A stretch of 64,000 nt of DNA from Melittangium boletus DSM 14713 (GCF_002305855.1 NZ_CP022163.1:7131765-7195764); one strand, 5' to 3'; positions 44,221-54,164 are shown, numbered from the stretch's first letter. Notes: a model not told the origin generated them from the sequence alone. Numbers and translations are program-made.

Positions 44221-45008
44221 TTCCTATGTGATTGGAAGCAGTGTGCTCGAACAGTTCCTGGACGCTCTTGAGTGGGACCCCGCGCGCCACGAGGTGGGTG
44301 AAGCATCTCATGGCGGGCCGAAGCCCTCCATTTTGGGAATGGGACAAGCAACTACGGCGGGGGATGGGGACGAGTCAGCTTGCTAGCATCGCATCAATCG
44401 TGCTCAGGAGTTCGTCCAATAAAGGCGTCCATGTTTGAGGCTCGTAGCGCGGCCAGGTGCCGGGCTGTGGCGAGTCCTCAAGTACAGGGCCCATTGCTCG
44501 CATCATGGTGTGCGGCGTGCGAGCACCTCCGGGTTATCGATGCGCCAGCCGTAATTGATGGTCAGGACACTATCTGTCCCGAGTGTGACGACGGAGTGTT
44601 CGCCGAAGCCCTTCAGCCGCGGATTGGAGGACCCGCTGAGGCCTGTGCCGTAGCTGATGCGCTCCGCATGCGCCTTCAGGAAACCCACCAAGGGCTTATA
44701 CCCGGAACGGAGGGCCGGATTGTGGGAGGGCAGGGGGCGGCCGATTATGGCACCATCAGATACGCCAGCACCCGCTTGCTGCCTCTACACTCGGGGCAGG
44801 CGAACGCGTCCAGCGCGAAGCTCCTGCGCAGGCGCTCGGTTCAATCCAGCCGAGGTGTGCGCTTCTTCTTCGACTCCTGCCTCGCCGTTGCATCAGGTGC
44901 CACACTCGCCTCCTCCGCTCTCTATTGGGGGACACGGACCCTCCTCGGTGTGACTCCGGGGAACATGAGACGTCGACCTGCATTTCGGGTCATGATCGGC
45001 GTGCGCAC

Positions 45009-48000
45009 ATGAGGCAAACAGGCGATCACGTCGGTCCATACAGGTTGGTGCGGCCGCTGGGCAGAGGCGGCATGGGCGAGGTCTTCACCGCGCTCCACGA
45101 GCGCATGAACCAGGTGGTTGCCCTCAAGCTCCTGTCTCCGACTGCGGCCGTTGATCCGCAACTCGTGGCTCGATTCGTCCAGGAGGCGCGGGCCCTCGCG
45201 CAATTTCAGCACCCGGGCGTGGTTCGCATCCTCCATTGCGACCGCACGGAGGATGGCACGGCCTTCCTGGCAATGGAGCACCTTGAGGGGCTGTCGCTAC
45301 GCGAGTGGATGCGGCACCAGCAGGGTCCAGCGCCGAGTGAAGCCGCGCTTTCTCTGTGCCAACAGATCGCCGCGGTGATGGCCGACATCCACGCCAAGGG
45401 CATTGTTCACCGGGACCTGAAGCCGGAGAACGTGTTCCTGTGCCCCGATGCCGAGGTCACACCGGGGTACCGCGTCAAACTGCTGGATTTCGGCATCGCG
45501 AAGGTTCCACCGGAGGCGAATGCCTGGGGCGATACGCAGGTGCACACTGCGGCGCCCGTTTTCCTGGGCACGGCTATGTACATGGCTCCTGAGCAGTGCC
45601 GGAACGCGGCGGAGGTGGATGGCGGCGCGGACGTCTACGCCCTGGGGGTACTGCTCTTCGAACTCCTCGCCGGTCGGCCGCCGTTCGTCTCAGACGACGT
45701 AGTCGATTTGATTTCGATGCACATACGCGCTGAGCCGCCGCCGTTGCGCGAACTGGCTCCGGCCGTTCCGGGTGCGCTGTCCTCATTGGTCGCCTCCATG
45801 CTGGCCAAGGAATCGGCGTCCCGTCCGACAATGCGCCGCTGCCAGGATATGCTCGGACGGCGACCCTGGCAGAGCGAACGGGATGAGTGTCCAGTGCCAG
45901 GGCTCGCGTCCTTCACCGAAGCGTATGCCGAGCTGTTCTTCGGTCGTAAGACGGAGATTTCCACCGTCCTGCGTCTTCTGGATGAGGTGCGGTCCGGCGA
46001 ACGCCGATGGGTGCAAGTCGAGGGATCGAGCGGGGTAGGGAAATCGTCGTTGGTACAGGCTGGCGTCCTTCCGCGCTTGAAGGAGAGCTCCTCGCAGCTC
46101 GCTCCCTCCTGGAGGGTCGCGGTCCTTCGCCCGTCGTACGATCCGGTGCATCAACTTGCCGTGGCCGTGTGTGATGCGCTCGCCGGAAGCAACTTCACCT
46201 ACTCGGCTCTGGAGTTGGAGCGTGCGCTGCGCGCCGATGTTCGCGCGCTTTCGGAGATAGTGAGCGCGTACACGCCTCCGCAGGGTCGTTTCCTGCTGGT
46301 GATCGAGCAAATGGAGGAACTCGTCACGCTGGGGGGCGCGGATTGTTTGGGGATTGACGGGTGGGTGGAGACAGCACTCGCCGCGCCTGATGCACCCCTG
46401 CGGTTGCTCACGACGATTCGGAGCGACTTCATCCACCGGCTGGAGCAGATGCCGCGGATGGCGGCGCGGCTCAACCAGGCTGCGCGCTATCTCCTCCGAC
46501 CGATGGAAGAGGCGGCGCTGACGCAGGTCATCGAGGGAATGGCCCAGCGCGTCGGGCTGCGGCTCTCCGAGGGGCTGTCGGTGCGGATGGTTCGTGACGC
46601 AAGGAGCGAAGGAAGCCAGCTCCTGCTGCTTGGCCAATCTCTCCGCGCGTTGTGGTCCCTGCGTAGCGGCGCCCAGCTGACCCATGAGCGATACGAGCAG
46701 ATCGGTGGAGTCGGCGGAGCCCTGGCACAGCAGGCGGAACGGTTGCTCGACGGGCTCGGCTCCCAGGGACGTGAACGCGCGAAGTGGATTCTCCTGGACC
46801 TCGTGCAGGTTGGCCGCGGTGTCCCAGACACGCGGCGGCCCCGCACCCGGCGAGAGGTGCTCAAGGCCGGCGGGGGAGACGCGTTGTCGTTAGAGGTCTT
46901 GATGCGGCTCTCCGGCATGCGGACAGGGACTCGGGACGACGCGGAGGAGGGGCTCCGGCTCATCGTGCTCTCTGCCGGAGATGGGCCCGCGGAGCAGCGT
47001 GTGGACTTGATACACGAGTCGCTCCTGCAGCAGGTTCCGTCACTCGCGGATTGGATCGGGAGCGAGCGCGTCTTGCTTGAGCGGCAGGCGGATCTGGAGA
47101 TCGCCGCGCAATCGTGGGAGCACGCCGGGTGCCCGACGGAAGGGTTGCCTTCCGGCTCGTTGCTCGCGCACTACGGGGATGCGGCCGGTCCATCCTCCCG
47201 ACGCGGTCCTCCCCCATGCCGCGGGGTGAGCGAGCGTGCCTCCTGCTTCCTCACCGCCGCGCGAGGACTTGAGCACCGTCGTGTCCGGCTCAAGCGGGGA
47301 CTGGCGCTCGCGGCGATGGCCGCGGTGCTGGCCATCTCCTTCAGCGCGCTCAGCGCCTACCGCGAGTGGCGGCGAGCTCAAGAAAATCTCCAGCGCATCG
47401 TTCTCGCCACGCACCAGTTCGTCTCCGACGCCGACTGGAAGCTTGGCAGGGTCGCTCATACGCTCGAGGTGCGGCGGGCCATGCTGCACAAGATAGACGA
47501 GAATCTGGCGTCTCTCCCGCACGCGGACCGTCAACTCCCCGAGGTTCGCGAGGCAATCATCGCAACGAAGCATCGACTCGGGGATTTTGCCTTTCAGAAC
47601 GAATCGCTCGCTCGGGCCGAAGGCTTCCTGGATGCCGCAGCCGTGGAGATCCAGAAGGGGCTGGACGCTCGACCGGAGGATGAGGAACTCAAGCTGCTCC
47701 GGGCGCTGAACCACTCCAAGCTCGGGAAGATCGTGCTGGCCCGGGGCAAGCTCGACAAGGCTCGCGGCCATTTCGCTGATGCGCTCGCATTCCTGAATCG
47801 GTCGCCGGACCACGTCGATGATGACTATCGGCGGACCCTGGCGACGAGCTATTCGGAGCAAGGCGAGCTCGACCTGGCGTCCGGAGCTGCCGAAGCTGTC
47901 GAGCGGTACGACCGAGCCGTCGCTCTGTTCGAAGAAAATGCCCGGAGTGGTAATGCGTACGAGCAAGCACTCCTCGCCGATGCGCTGTGCTGGCGCGCGG

Positions 48001-48443
48001 AGGCACTCCATCATGCGGGAAGACTCCCGGAGGCCGCGGCTGATCTCGAGCGTGCGCTCGGTCTTGCTCGCAGGCTGAATGAAGTGGAGGCGGGAAACGA
48101 GTTCATCCGGTGGATCCTCGCTCGAGCTTACCTCGGGTCGGCCTCGGTGGAGGCGGCCCGTGGTGGGCCTCAGGCGGACGACCGATATCGTGCGGCGGAG
48201 GAGCTGGGGCGGGGTCTTGTCCGCGGCGAGCGAACCAACAAGCGCTATGGCCTCGTCCTGACCCAGAGTCTGTTGGAGCACGAGGCGTTGCTGAGTGGTC
48301 GGGGAGCGGCCGCTCAGGCCCGTTCACTGCACGACGAACGCTGTGGGTTGGTCAGCGCATTCGTGGGGATGGATGGCGAGGACCACCGGTTTGACCGGTT
48401 CGTCTGCCCTGGGCCCCCTCTCCCCCAAGAAACCGGACAGTGA
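45009..48443 (+). CDS. Serine/threonine protein kinase fused to a P-loop NTPase and a TPR-like region (STAND-type)
   Basis: Hanks kinase motifs (GRGGMGEV, VALK, HRDLKPEN, DFG, APE). Walker A 'GSSGVGKSSL'. Long helical/TPR-like C-terminus. Confidence 0.85.
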   Translation: MRQTGDHVGPYRLVRPLGRGGMGEVFTALHERMNQVVALKLLSPTAAVDPQLVARFVQEARALAQFQHPGVVRILHCDRTEDGTAFLAMEHLEGLSLREWMRHQQGPAPSEAALSLCQQIAAVMADIHAKGIVHRDLKPENVFLCPDAEVTPGYRVKLLDFGIAKVPPEANAWGDTQVHTAAPVFLGTAMYMAPEQCRNAAEVDGGADVYALGVLLFELLAGRPPFVSDDVVDLISMHIRAEPPPLRELAPAVPGALSSLVASMLAKESASRPTMRRCQDMLGRRPWQSERDECPVPGLASFTEAYAELFFGRKTEISTVLRLLDEVRSGERRWVQVEGSSGVGKSSLVQAGVLPRLKESSSQLAPSWRVAVLRPSYDPVHQLAVAVCDALAGSNFTYSALELERALRADVRALSEIVSAYTPPQGRFLLVIEQMEELVTLGGADCLGIDGWVETALAAPDAPLRLLTTIRSDFIHRLEQMPRMAARLNQAARYLLRPMEEAALTQVIEGMAQRVGLRLSEGLSVRMVRDARSEGSQLLLLGQSLRALWSLRSGAQLTHERYEQIGGVGGALAQQAERLLDGLGSQGRERAKWILLDLVQVGRGVPDTRRPRTRREVLKAGGGDALSLEVLMRLSGMRTGTRDDAEEGLRLIVLSAGDGPAEQRVDLIHESLLQQVPSLADWIGSERVLLERQADLEIAAQSWEHAGCPTEGLPSGSLLAHYGDAAGPSSRRGPPPCRGVSERASCFLTAARGLEHRRVRLKRGLALAAMAAVLAISFSALSAYREWRRAQENLQRIVLATHQFVSDADWKLGRVAHTLEVRRAMLHKIDENLASLPHADRQLPEVREAIIATKHRLGDFAFQNESLARAEGFLDAAAVEIQKGLDARPEDEELKLLRALNHSKLGKIVLARGKLDKARGHFADALAFLNRSPDHVDDDYRRTLATSYSEQGELDLASGAAEAVERYDRAVALFEENARSGNAYEQALLADALCWRAEALHHAGRLPEAAADLERALGLARRLNEVEAGNEFIRWILARAYLGSASVEAARGGPQADDRYRAAEELGRGLVRGERTNKRYGLVLTQSLLEHEALLSGRGAAAQARSLHDERCGLVSAFVGMDGEDHRFDRFVCPGPPLPQETGQ

Positions 48444-48579
48444 TGTGAGTCCATGGGGGGCTTTGTGCGCTGGAACCCTGGGGATACCCCGTACAAGCCC
48501 CTGGCGTGTCGTTGAGCTGGCGCTCGCGAAAAAAAGTCTGACCCCGCGCGCGATCCGTCCGCGAATGGCGTCCTAGGGA

Positions 48580-49515
48580 ATGGAGCCGGAATCCCAACGG
48601 ATGAACACGGACATGATCGACGCCTACCTGATTGCTCGCGAGGAGACACCGCGTGCACGGCGGTTGCCCGCGCGAAGGGCGCTGTGGAAGGGTCGCCTGG
48701 GGATGAGCCGCAATGTGTGGTCGAAGGTTGCTGTAGAGGAGTTGATCCGCCGGGCCCGTGGGGGGGACAAGGCCGCGCTGGAGGAACTCTTCCGGCGCTA
48801 CCAACGCAAGTTGGTGAATTGGGCCTCGCGGAGCGCTCCTCAGCCGCCACCGGGTGGGGCGCGCGCCTCGGACATCGCGCAGGACACGGCGCTGCGCGCG
48901 TTCGACAAGTTCTCCACGTTTAGTGGGACGACGGAGGCCGAGCTGCTGACGTGGCTCAAGCGCATCCTCGCAAACCAAGCCGTGCAGTTGGCCCGGGGAG
49001 CGCGGCGGAAGAAGCGCTCCGCTGAGAGCACCGTGCCGCTGGACAGCGCCGAGGCCGAGGCAACCCCTTCCCGCGGGAAGAGTCCAAGTCAGGTTGTTTT
49101 CGAGCGGGAAGCGTGGCACCAGCTCCTCATCTACCTCTATGAGCTCCCCGAGGAGCAGCAGGAGGCCATCAAGCTCTGTCACCTGGACGAGCTCCCGGTC
49201 GTAGAGGTGGCGCGCCGGATGGGGAAGACGCAAGCATCGGTGGCGGGGTTGCTCCTGCGGGGCCTGCGGTCCTTGAGGGCTCGAATGCAGGAGGGTGCTG
49301 CCGGCACCAGCTCGGACGCGACGCGAGCCGCGCTGCTGACGTACCTGCAGAAGCGCGATGCCGGGGAGAAGGTGGACCCGGAGGCCTTCATTGCAGCCTA
49401 CCCAGACTGCGCCGACGAGTTGAGGGCGAAGTTGGCGTTGCTGGGTCGCATCCGCGATCTGCGTCCGAAGCCGCCCCCGGGGGCGCGGGCGGGTCAACGG
49501 ACGAAAAAGACATGA
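48580..49515 (+). CDS. ECF-type sigma-70 family factor with a C-terminal extension
   Basis: Sigma region 2 ('ELFRRYQRKLVNWA') and region 4 ('LPEEQQEAIKLCHLDELPVVEVARRMGKTQASVAGLLLRGLRSLR') plus about a 90-aa tail. Its stop overlaps the start of the downstream kinase (ATGA). Confidence 0.7.
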   Translation: MEPESQRMNTDMIDAYLIAREETPRARRLPARRALWKGRLGMSRNVWSKVAVEELIRRARGGDKAALEELFRRYQRKLVNWASRSAPQPPPGGARASDIAQDTALRAFDKFSTFSGTTEAELLTWLKRILANQAVQLARGARRKKRSAESTVPLDSAEAEATPSRGKSPSQVVFEREAWHQLLIYLYELPEEQQEAIKLCHLDELPVVEVARRMGKTQASVAGLLLRGLRSLRARMQEGAAGTSSDATRAALLTYLQKRDAGEKVDPEAFIAAYPDCADELRAKLALLGRIRDLRPKPPPGARAGQRTKKT

Positions 49516-50384
49516 TGGGGAGCGCGGCGATGCGTGTCGGAGAATATGTCCTTGCCCGCCGGGTGGCGTCCGGAGCCACGTGCGATGTGTATCAGGGGTA
49601 CCACGCGGTCACCGGGCAAGCCGTGGCGGTGAAGATGCTCTCCCCCAGCCTCTGCTCGGACGAGGAGGTGGGAGGGCGCTTCCTCAATGAAGCGCAGGCG
49701 CTCCAGCAGCTGCGTCATGAGCACTTGGTCCAGGCCGTCACCTCGGGAGTTCTACCTACGGGACAGCCCTTCCTCGTCTTGGAATGGCTTCCCGGAGATC
49801 TGCATCGACTGCTCAAGCGCGCCGGAGGTCAGCTCCCGGTTCAGGCCGCCACCCGTGTCGCCGCGCAGCTCGGCGCCGCGCTCGCGTTCCTGCATGGCTC
49901 CCGGATCTTTCACCGCGACCTGAAGCCTGCCAACGTCTTGGTGGCCACCGATAACCTTGCGATCATCGAGATCAAGCTCGCGGATCTCGGACTGGCCAAG
50001 ATCCCGCGAGAGGAGGGGCATGAAGGGGGGGAGGGGCTCGCTGCCTCTGCCATCTCGACGGCCAAGCGCGCCCTCCTGGGAACTTGGGACTACATGGCCC
50101 CGGAGCAGTGGGTGCAATCCAAGACCGCGGGTGGACCCGCGGATGTGTACGCGCTCGGCATTCTCCTGTTCCAGATGTTGGCGGGCAGGCTGCCATTCGT
50201 CGCCGAGCAGCAGAAGGATCTGATGTATCTGCACCTCCTGGAGAAGCCCCCACTCGAGCTGCTGGAGGGCTTGGCTCCACAGGCTACCCGCGACCTGATT
50301 GCAGGAATGCTGCACAAGAAACCGCTGGAGCGACCGGCGATGCGCGAGGTCGCTCGGCAGCTGGCGGACACACCTCTCATGTAG
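49512..50384 (+). CDS. Stand-alone serine/threonine protein kinase (kinase domain only)
   Basis: VAVK, HRDLKPAN, DLG and MAPE motifs. Translationally coupled to the ECF sigma gene. Confidence 0.85.
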   Translation: MMGSAAMRVGEYVLARRVASGATCDVYQGYHAVTGQAVAVKMLSPSLCSDEEVGGRFLNEAQALQQLRHEHLVQAVTSGVLPTGQPFLVLEWLPGDLHRLLKRAGGQLPVQAATRVAAQLGAALAFLHGSRIFHRDLKPANVLVATDNLAIIEIKLADLGLAKIPREEGHEGGEGLAASAISTAKRALLGTWDYMAPEQWVQSKTAGGPADVYALGILLFQMLAGRLPFVAEQQKDLMYLHLLEKPPLELLEGLAPQATRDLIAGMLHKKPLERPAMREVARQLADTPLM

Positions 50385-50423
50385 CCCGGACTCCTCGGGT
50401 CTCCACACTTCAGCCTGGATGAC

Positions 50424-52154
50424 ATGAACACGATACATGCCGTGCTTTGCCTCGATGTGGATGCTTCTGTCGCGGACGACGACATCCTGCCCCTTCTTCC
50501 TCCGGCACGGAGGGAGCTGAAATTCCTGCGCCTGAGCACCTTCACTACCCAGGGGCCGAAAGGAAAGCGACCAACGTCCAGCCCTGTGGACTGGATCGCG
50601 CTCGCGAACGCCGTCTCTCAGCTGGCGAGCGAGGCGCGCTCACTCAGGGACTCCTCCTCCTCGCCCGTGGAGTTCTTCATCGTGGGCTTGGCTCCGTTGC
50701 CGCTCTTCGTTCTCCTGGGGGCCGAGCTCTCTGCGTGGGCGAAACCTCAGACGTTCCTCAACGTTCGAAAGGATACCACGTGGGATGTCCTGAGGTTGGA
50801 TGACAAGCTCCCGGATGGGGTTCGCTACTTTGACACGGTGAGCGGGCTGAGTGATGTGCCTTCGGAGGCGAATGGCCTGGTGGGGATCTTCATCTCAACT
50901 CAAGCCATGCTGCCGCGCGACGCCGTACGTGATTTCTTGAGGGCGCAGGGAAATGGGATCGCCGGCGTGGTCGAATGCCGGAACAGCACCAGCACGCCCG
51001 TGGACGCCGCTCATGCACCCGCGATCGCGGAGGAGTTGGTGCGGGTGCTGGCCGCCACCCGGCGTGCGTATCCCAATCATTCGGGCCTGGCGCTCTTCGT
51101 CTCGGGACCGGCGTCGCTCGCGTTCATGGCGGGTCGGGCCTTCAACCCAAGGGCGATGGGAAGCGCGTGGGTGGCCAGCTATGCACCGCCCGGATACGAG
51201 CTGGCGTTCACCTTGCCATGGAAGCCCGCTTTGCGGGTGGTGGAGTTGCGCCGTGGACCGAAGCAGGAGCAGGCGCGTCAGAAGGTCCTGCTGGCGGTGT
51301 TGGCAGGCGCCCGGAAATTGAAGGACACCCTCCAACTCGGGGATCTCCCGCCGTTCCTCGCGCCGTCCGCGGGGGAAATGCTCCTGACACGTCTCCACCA
51401 GTTGACGATCGCCGATGAACCGGAGGGGGATGAGACGCGCCTGAGCGTCGGGCAGCGGCGGCTGACTTTCGGGCGCGGGCTGCTCGAAGGCATGCGCCAG
51501 CTGGACGAGCGCTACCGGGAGCCCTTGGCCCTGCAGTATCTGCTGCATGAGCTCTTCCACTTCGATCAGGAGCTGACCTCCCAGAACTACCGTGGCGTCG
51601 GACGTGGGGGCTTCGCCTTGGAGGAGGTGGATTACTGGGCGGACATCCTGGCTATTGGCACGCTGACGAGCTGGCGGATGAGAGAGGGTGGCCCACAACT
51701 CCAGCGCGAGCCTGGAAGGGTTCTCGCCGAAGAGCTCGACGTGAGCCTTCGGGGCATCGAGACCTTCGATCGCATGGAGCACGGCGAGCGCATTGGGGAT
51801 TTGTTGGAGCGGCGTTTGCGGCGCTACCTCATCTGGGCGCTCCATCATGCACGTGCCAAGACGCTTCGCCACGATACGGGCATCTGGAAGGTGCTTGGCG
51901 AGCGGTTGATTGTCGAACTGGCCCCTCTCCGCGGAAGGTTCGACACCGTCCACGACAAGGTCATCATCGAGGCGCTTCCCGATACCGAGCTGTTTGTCGT
52001 CTGGGGGAGACGCCTGATGAGACTGCACCGACGACCCGGGTTCGAGCCTGCGGCCCTCGTGGACATCGTGCGGACGTTCGATCAGAGCTTGCTTCTCAAG
52101 ATGATGGAATACGTGGCGGAGAAGGAGCACGCGGTGCTGACCCCGTGGGTTTGA
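50424..52154 (+). CDS. SAVED-domain protein (two CARF-like subdomains at the N-terminus) with an uncharacterised C-terminal helical domain carrying HExxH; putative CBASS effector
   Basis: Two Rossmann-like 'hhhhGhAPhPhhhhLG' and 'hhhFhSGPxSLAFxxGRxxNP' segments about 150 aa apart (aa ~95-115 and ~245-270), the pattern of SAVED/CARF sensors. C-terminal region has 'LLHELFHFDQE...EEVDY' (HExxH plus a downstream Glu). No HMM search was possible. Confidence 0.5.
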   Translation: MNTIHAVLCLDVDASVADDDILPLLPPARRELKFLRLSTFTTQGPKGKRPTSSPVDWIALANAVSQLASEARSLRDSSSSPVEFFIVGLAPLPLFVLLGAELSAWAKPQTFLNVRKDTTWDVLRLDDKLPDGVRYFDTVSGLSDVPSEANGLVGIFISTQAMLPRDAVRDFLRAQGNGIAGVVECRNSTSTPVDAAHAPAIAEELVRVLAATRRAYPNHSGLALFVSGPASLAFMAGRAFNPRAMGSAWVASYAPPGYELAFTLPWKPALRVVELRRGPKQEQARQKVLLAVLAGARKLKDTLQLGDLPPFLAPSAGEMLLTRLHQLTIADEPEGDETRLSVGQRRLTFGRGLLEGMRQLDERYREPLALQYLLHELFHFDQELTSQNYRGVGRGGFALEEVDYWADILAIGTLTSWRMREGGPQLQREPGRVLAEELDVSLRGIETFDRMEHGERIGDLLERRLRRYLIWALHHARAKTLRHDTGIWKVLGERLIVELAPLRGRFDTVHDKVIIEALPDTELFVVWGRRLMRLHRRPGFEPAALVDIVRTFDQSLLLKMMEYVAEKEHAVLTPWV

Positions 52155-52170
52155 CGGAGAGGCGAGGATC

Positions 52171-53133
52171 GTGCGGAATGGTGAAACCCACATGCGGGAT
52201 CTGACCGATTTACTGAACAGGATACTTCGCAGCGTCGAGCCCTCGGCGGAGGAGAAGGAGGGCGCGCAGCGCAGCCATCACTACCTCCGAGAGATCTTGC
52301 TGACCGGAAAGATGGAGTCCATCATCCGGTACCATTTCCTGAGCGGTAGCTACCCACGGGCAACCGCCATTCGTCCGCTTGATGATGTAGATATCATTTT
52401 CGTCGTGGATCCCAGCCATTGGAAGACTCCGAACTTCAGCGATCTCCCAGCTCCAAGCGCTGTGCTCCAGACCTTCGAACGGGCATTGGCGCGGCGGTAC
52501 CTGGAGACAAAGCTTCGGGTTCAACGTCGATCCATTCGGCTCCAGATGCAGCACCTGAATGTGGACGTGGTCCCTGCGGTCAGCGCGGACGGAGAAGGCA
52601 GCGAGCGGCTCCTCATCCCAGACGCGGAAAATGATACGTGGATCCGCTCCGCGCCCAAAATACACGGTGCGTTGGCGACGGAGATCAACCAGAGGCACGG
52701 AGAATTATTCAAGCCATTGGTGAAGCTGCTCAAGACCTGGAATCTGGGCGTGCCCGAGGCGCTACGCTTCAAGTCGTTTTGTGTCGAGACGATTGCCACG
52801 AGGCTATTCGCGTCAGCCAAGCTGAACTCCCTTCAGACCGGCCTCGTTCAGTTCTTCGATTTCGTCTGCTACATCGGTGGTGACCCATGTGAATTCCCAT
52901 GGAATGATGATCGCGGTATGTCACTCCGCCTCGGGAATTGCGTGGTGCCAGATACGGCCGAGGGCATGAACGTGGCGGCCAGCGTCACGAGGCAAGGTCG
53001 CGAGTGTTTCATGCGCCGGGCCGCGACCAGCCGGGACTGGATCCTGCAAGCGGAACGGGCCAGAACGTGGAATAGCGCCGAGAGCAAGATCGAGAAGGCG
53101 TTTGGAAGCCATCTGCGAGAGCTGGATTGGTGA
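52171..53133 (+). CDS. CD-NTase-like (SMODS/Pol-beta superfamily) nucleotidyltransferase, paralogue 1
   Basis: 'GSYPRATAIRPLDDVDIIFVVD' (GS, then DxD) and a third acidic residue in 'LNVDVVPAV'. About 320 aa with a helical C-terminal half. Candidate starts at GTG 52171 or ATG 52192. Confidence 0.6.
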   Translation: MRNGETHMRDLTDLLNRILRSVEPSAEEKEGAQRSHHYLREILLTGKMESIIRYHFLSGSYPRATAIRPLDDVDIIFVVDPSHWKTPNFSDLPAPSAVLQTFERALARRYLETKLRVQRRSIRLQMQHLNVDVVPAVSADGEGSERLLIPDAENDTWIRSAPKIHGALATEINQRHGELFKPLVKLLKTWNLGVPEALRFKSFCVETIATRLFASAKLNSLQTGLVQFFDFVCYIGGDPCEFPWNDDRGMSLRLGNCVVPDTAEGMNVAASVTRQGRECFMRRAATSRDWILQAERARTWNSAESKIEKAFGSHLRELDW

Positions 53134-53198
53134 CCCACGGGGCACTCTCATGCGCGCGATCTTCGCGCCAACGGCATCTACTCTCTCAGGAGGACACC

Positions 53199-54158
53199 AT
53201 GCAGGTTCGACAAGCAGTTCATGACTTCATTTCCGCACTCGAACTCACCACCGCCGAGAGGACGACCGCCAGCGACCAGCACAAGTTCCTACGCGATGGA
53301 CTCGCCAGCCGGCTGGAGATCGAGCCCGACCATTACCCATTCCTCACCGGCTCCTACGCGCGGAGCACGGCCATCCGTCCGCTCAAGGACATCGATCTGT
53401 TTTGCGTGTTGAAGCGCACGCCCTCGCTCGCCCCGCATATTAGCAGCCCGATGGACGCACTGAAGACGGTGCGACGCGCGCTCGAGGATCAGTACCCGGG
53501 CAAGACCGCCGATCCCCAGAACCGCTCGGTGAACATCTCATTCTCCACCACGGGAATCGCCTACGATGTCGTCCCCGCGTTCCTCGACGAGGGCGACAAC
53601 GAGATCTTCTGGATCCCGGACCTTCAAGCGAAGACCTGGATCCGTTCCAACCCACGTATCCACGAACGCATGTCAGTGGACGCGAACGAGGCCGCGGGCA
53701 AGGAACTCAAGCCCCTCACCAAGGCGGTGAAGCACTGGAACCGGCGACAGATGGACGGGAAGCGACTGAGGTCGTTCCACATCGAGGTGATGATCTGGGA
53801 CGTGCTCGTGGCGAAGCCGGAGAACCGGCTCGATGGCCTCATCCAGATCTTCGAGGGTCTGGCTTCTCGCGTGTACCTCGACACGTTGGATCCGGCGGCG
53901 CTGGGGCCACCCATCAACCAGGGAATGAGCGACGCGGAGAAAACCGCCGCGAAGACACAGTTGCAACAAGCGGCCGCGACGCTGAAGGAGGCGAGGGAAC
54001 TCGCGCAAACTGGCTATACGGAGCGGGCCCATTACCTCCTGTACGGGATTTTTGGGGATCCCTATCCCGAGAAGGGAAAGGAGGGGCGCTCGGTCGTCAC
54101 CGGCGTTTCGGCATCCCTGCCGTCCGCTCCGGATGGTCACGGCTCCAGGTTCGGGTAG
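53199..54158 (+). CDS. CD-NTase-like nucleotidyltransferase, paralogue 2 (C-terminus ends in Gly)
   Basis: 'GSYARSTAIRPLKDIDLFCVL' and 'YDVVPAF'. Strong Shine-Dalgarno (AGGAGGA) before the ATG at 53199. C-terminal tail '...SAPDGHGSRFG'. Confidence 0.6.
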   Translation: MQVRQAVHDFISALELTTAERTTASDQHKFLRDGLASRLEIEPDHYPFLTGSYARSTAIRPLKDIDLFCVLKRTPSLAPHISSPMDALKTVRRALEDQYPGKTADPQNRSVNISFSTTGIAYDVVPAFLDEGDNEIFWIPDLQAKTWIRSNPRIHERMSVDANEAAGKELKPLTKAVKHWNRRQMDGKRLRSFHIEVMIWDVLVAKPENRLDGLIQIFEGLASRVYLDTLDPAALGPPINQGMSDAEKTAAKTQLQQAAATLKEARELAQTGYTERAHYLLYGIFGDPYPEKGKEGRSVVTGVSASLPSAPDGHGSRFG

Positions 54159-54164
54159 ACATCC

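Noticed and set aside
42654-44351. 565-aa minus-strand ORF over the Hsp70-like gene and tRNA-Leu
   Set aside because: Antisense frame. It overlaps a well-supported tRNA and a plus-strand gene with clear actin-fold ATPase motifs.
44000-44386. 128-aa plus-strand ORF overlapping tRNA-Leu
   Set aside because: Overlaps the tRNA gene, and its translation (e.g. 'FDPRLVHSY') comes from the tRNA T-arm region. No support as a CDS.
47040-48281. 413-aa minus-strand ORF inside the large Ser/Thr kinase gene
   Set aside because: Antisense to a gene with unambiguous kinase and P-loop motifs. No motifs of its own.
50895-52193. 432-aa minus-strand ORF opposite the SAVED-domain gene
   Set aside because: Antisense frame. 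The plus-strand gene is part of a tightly spaced co-directional five-gene module.
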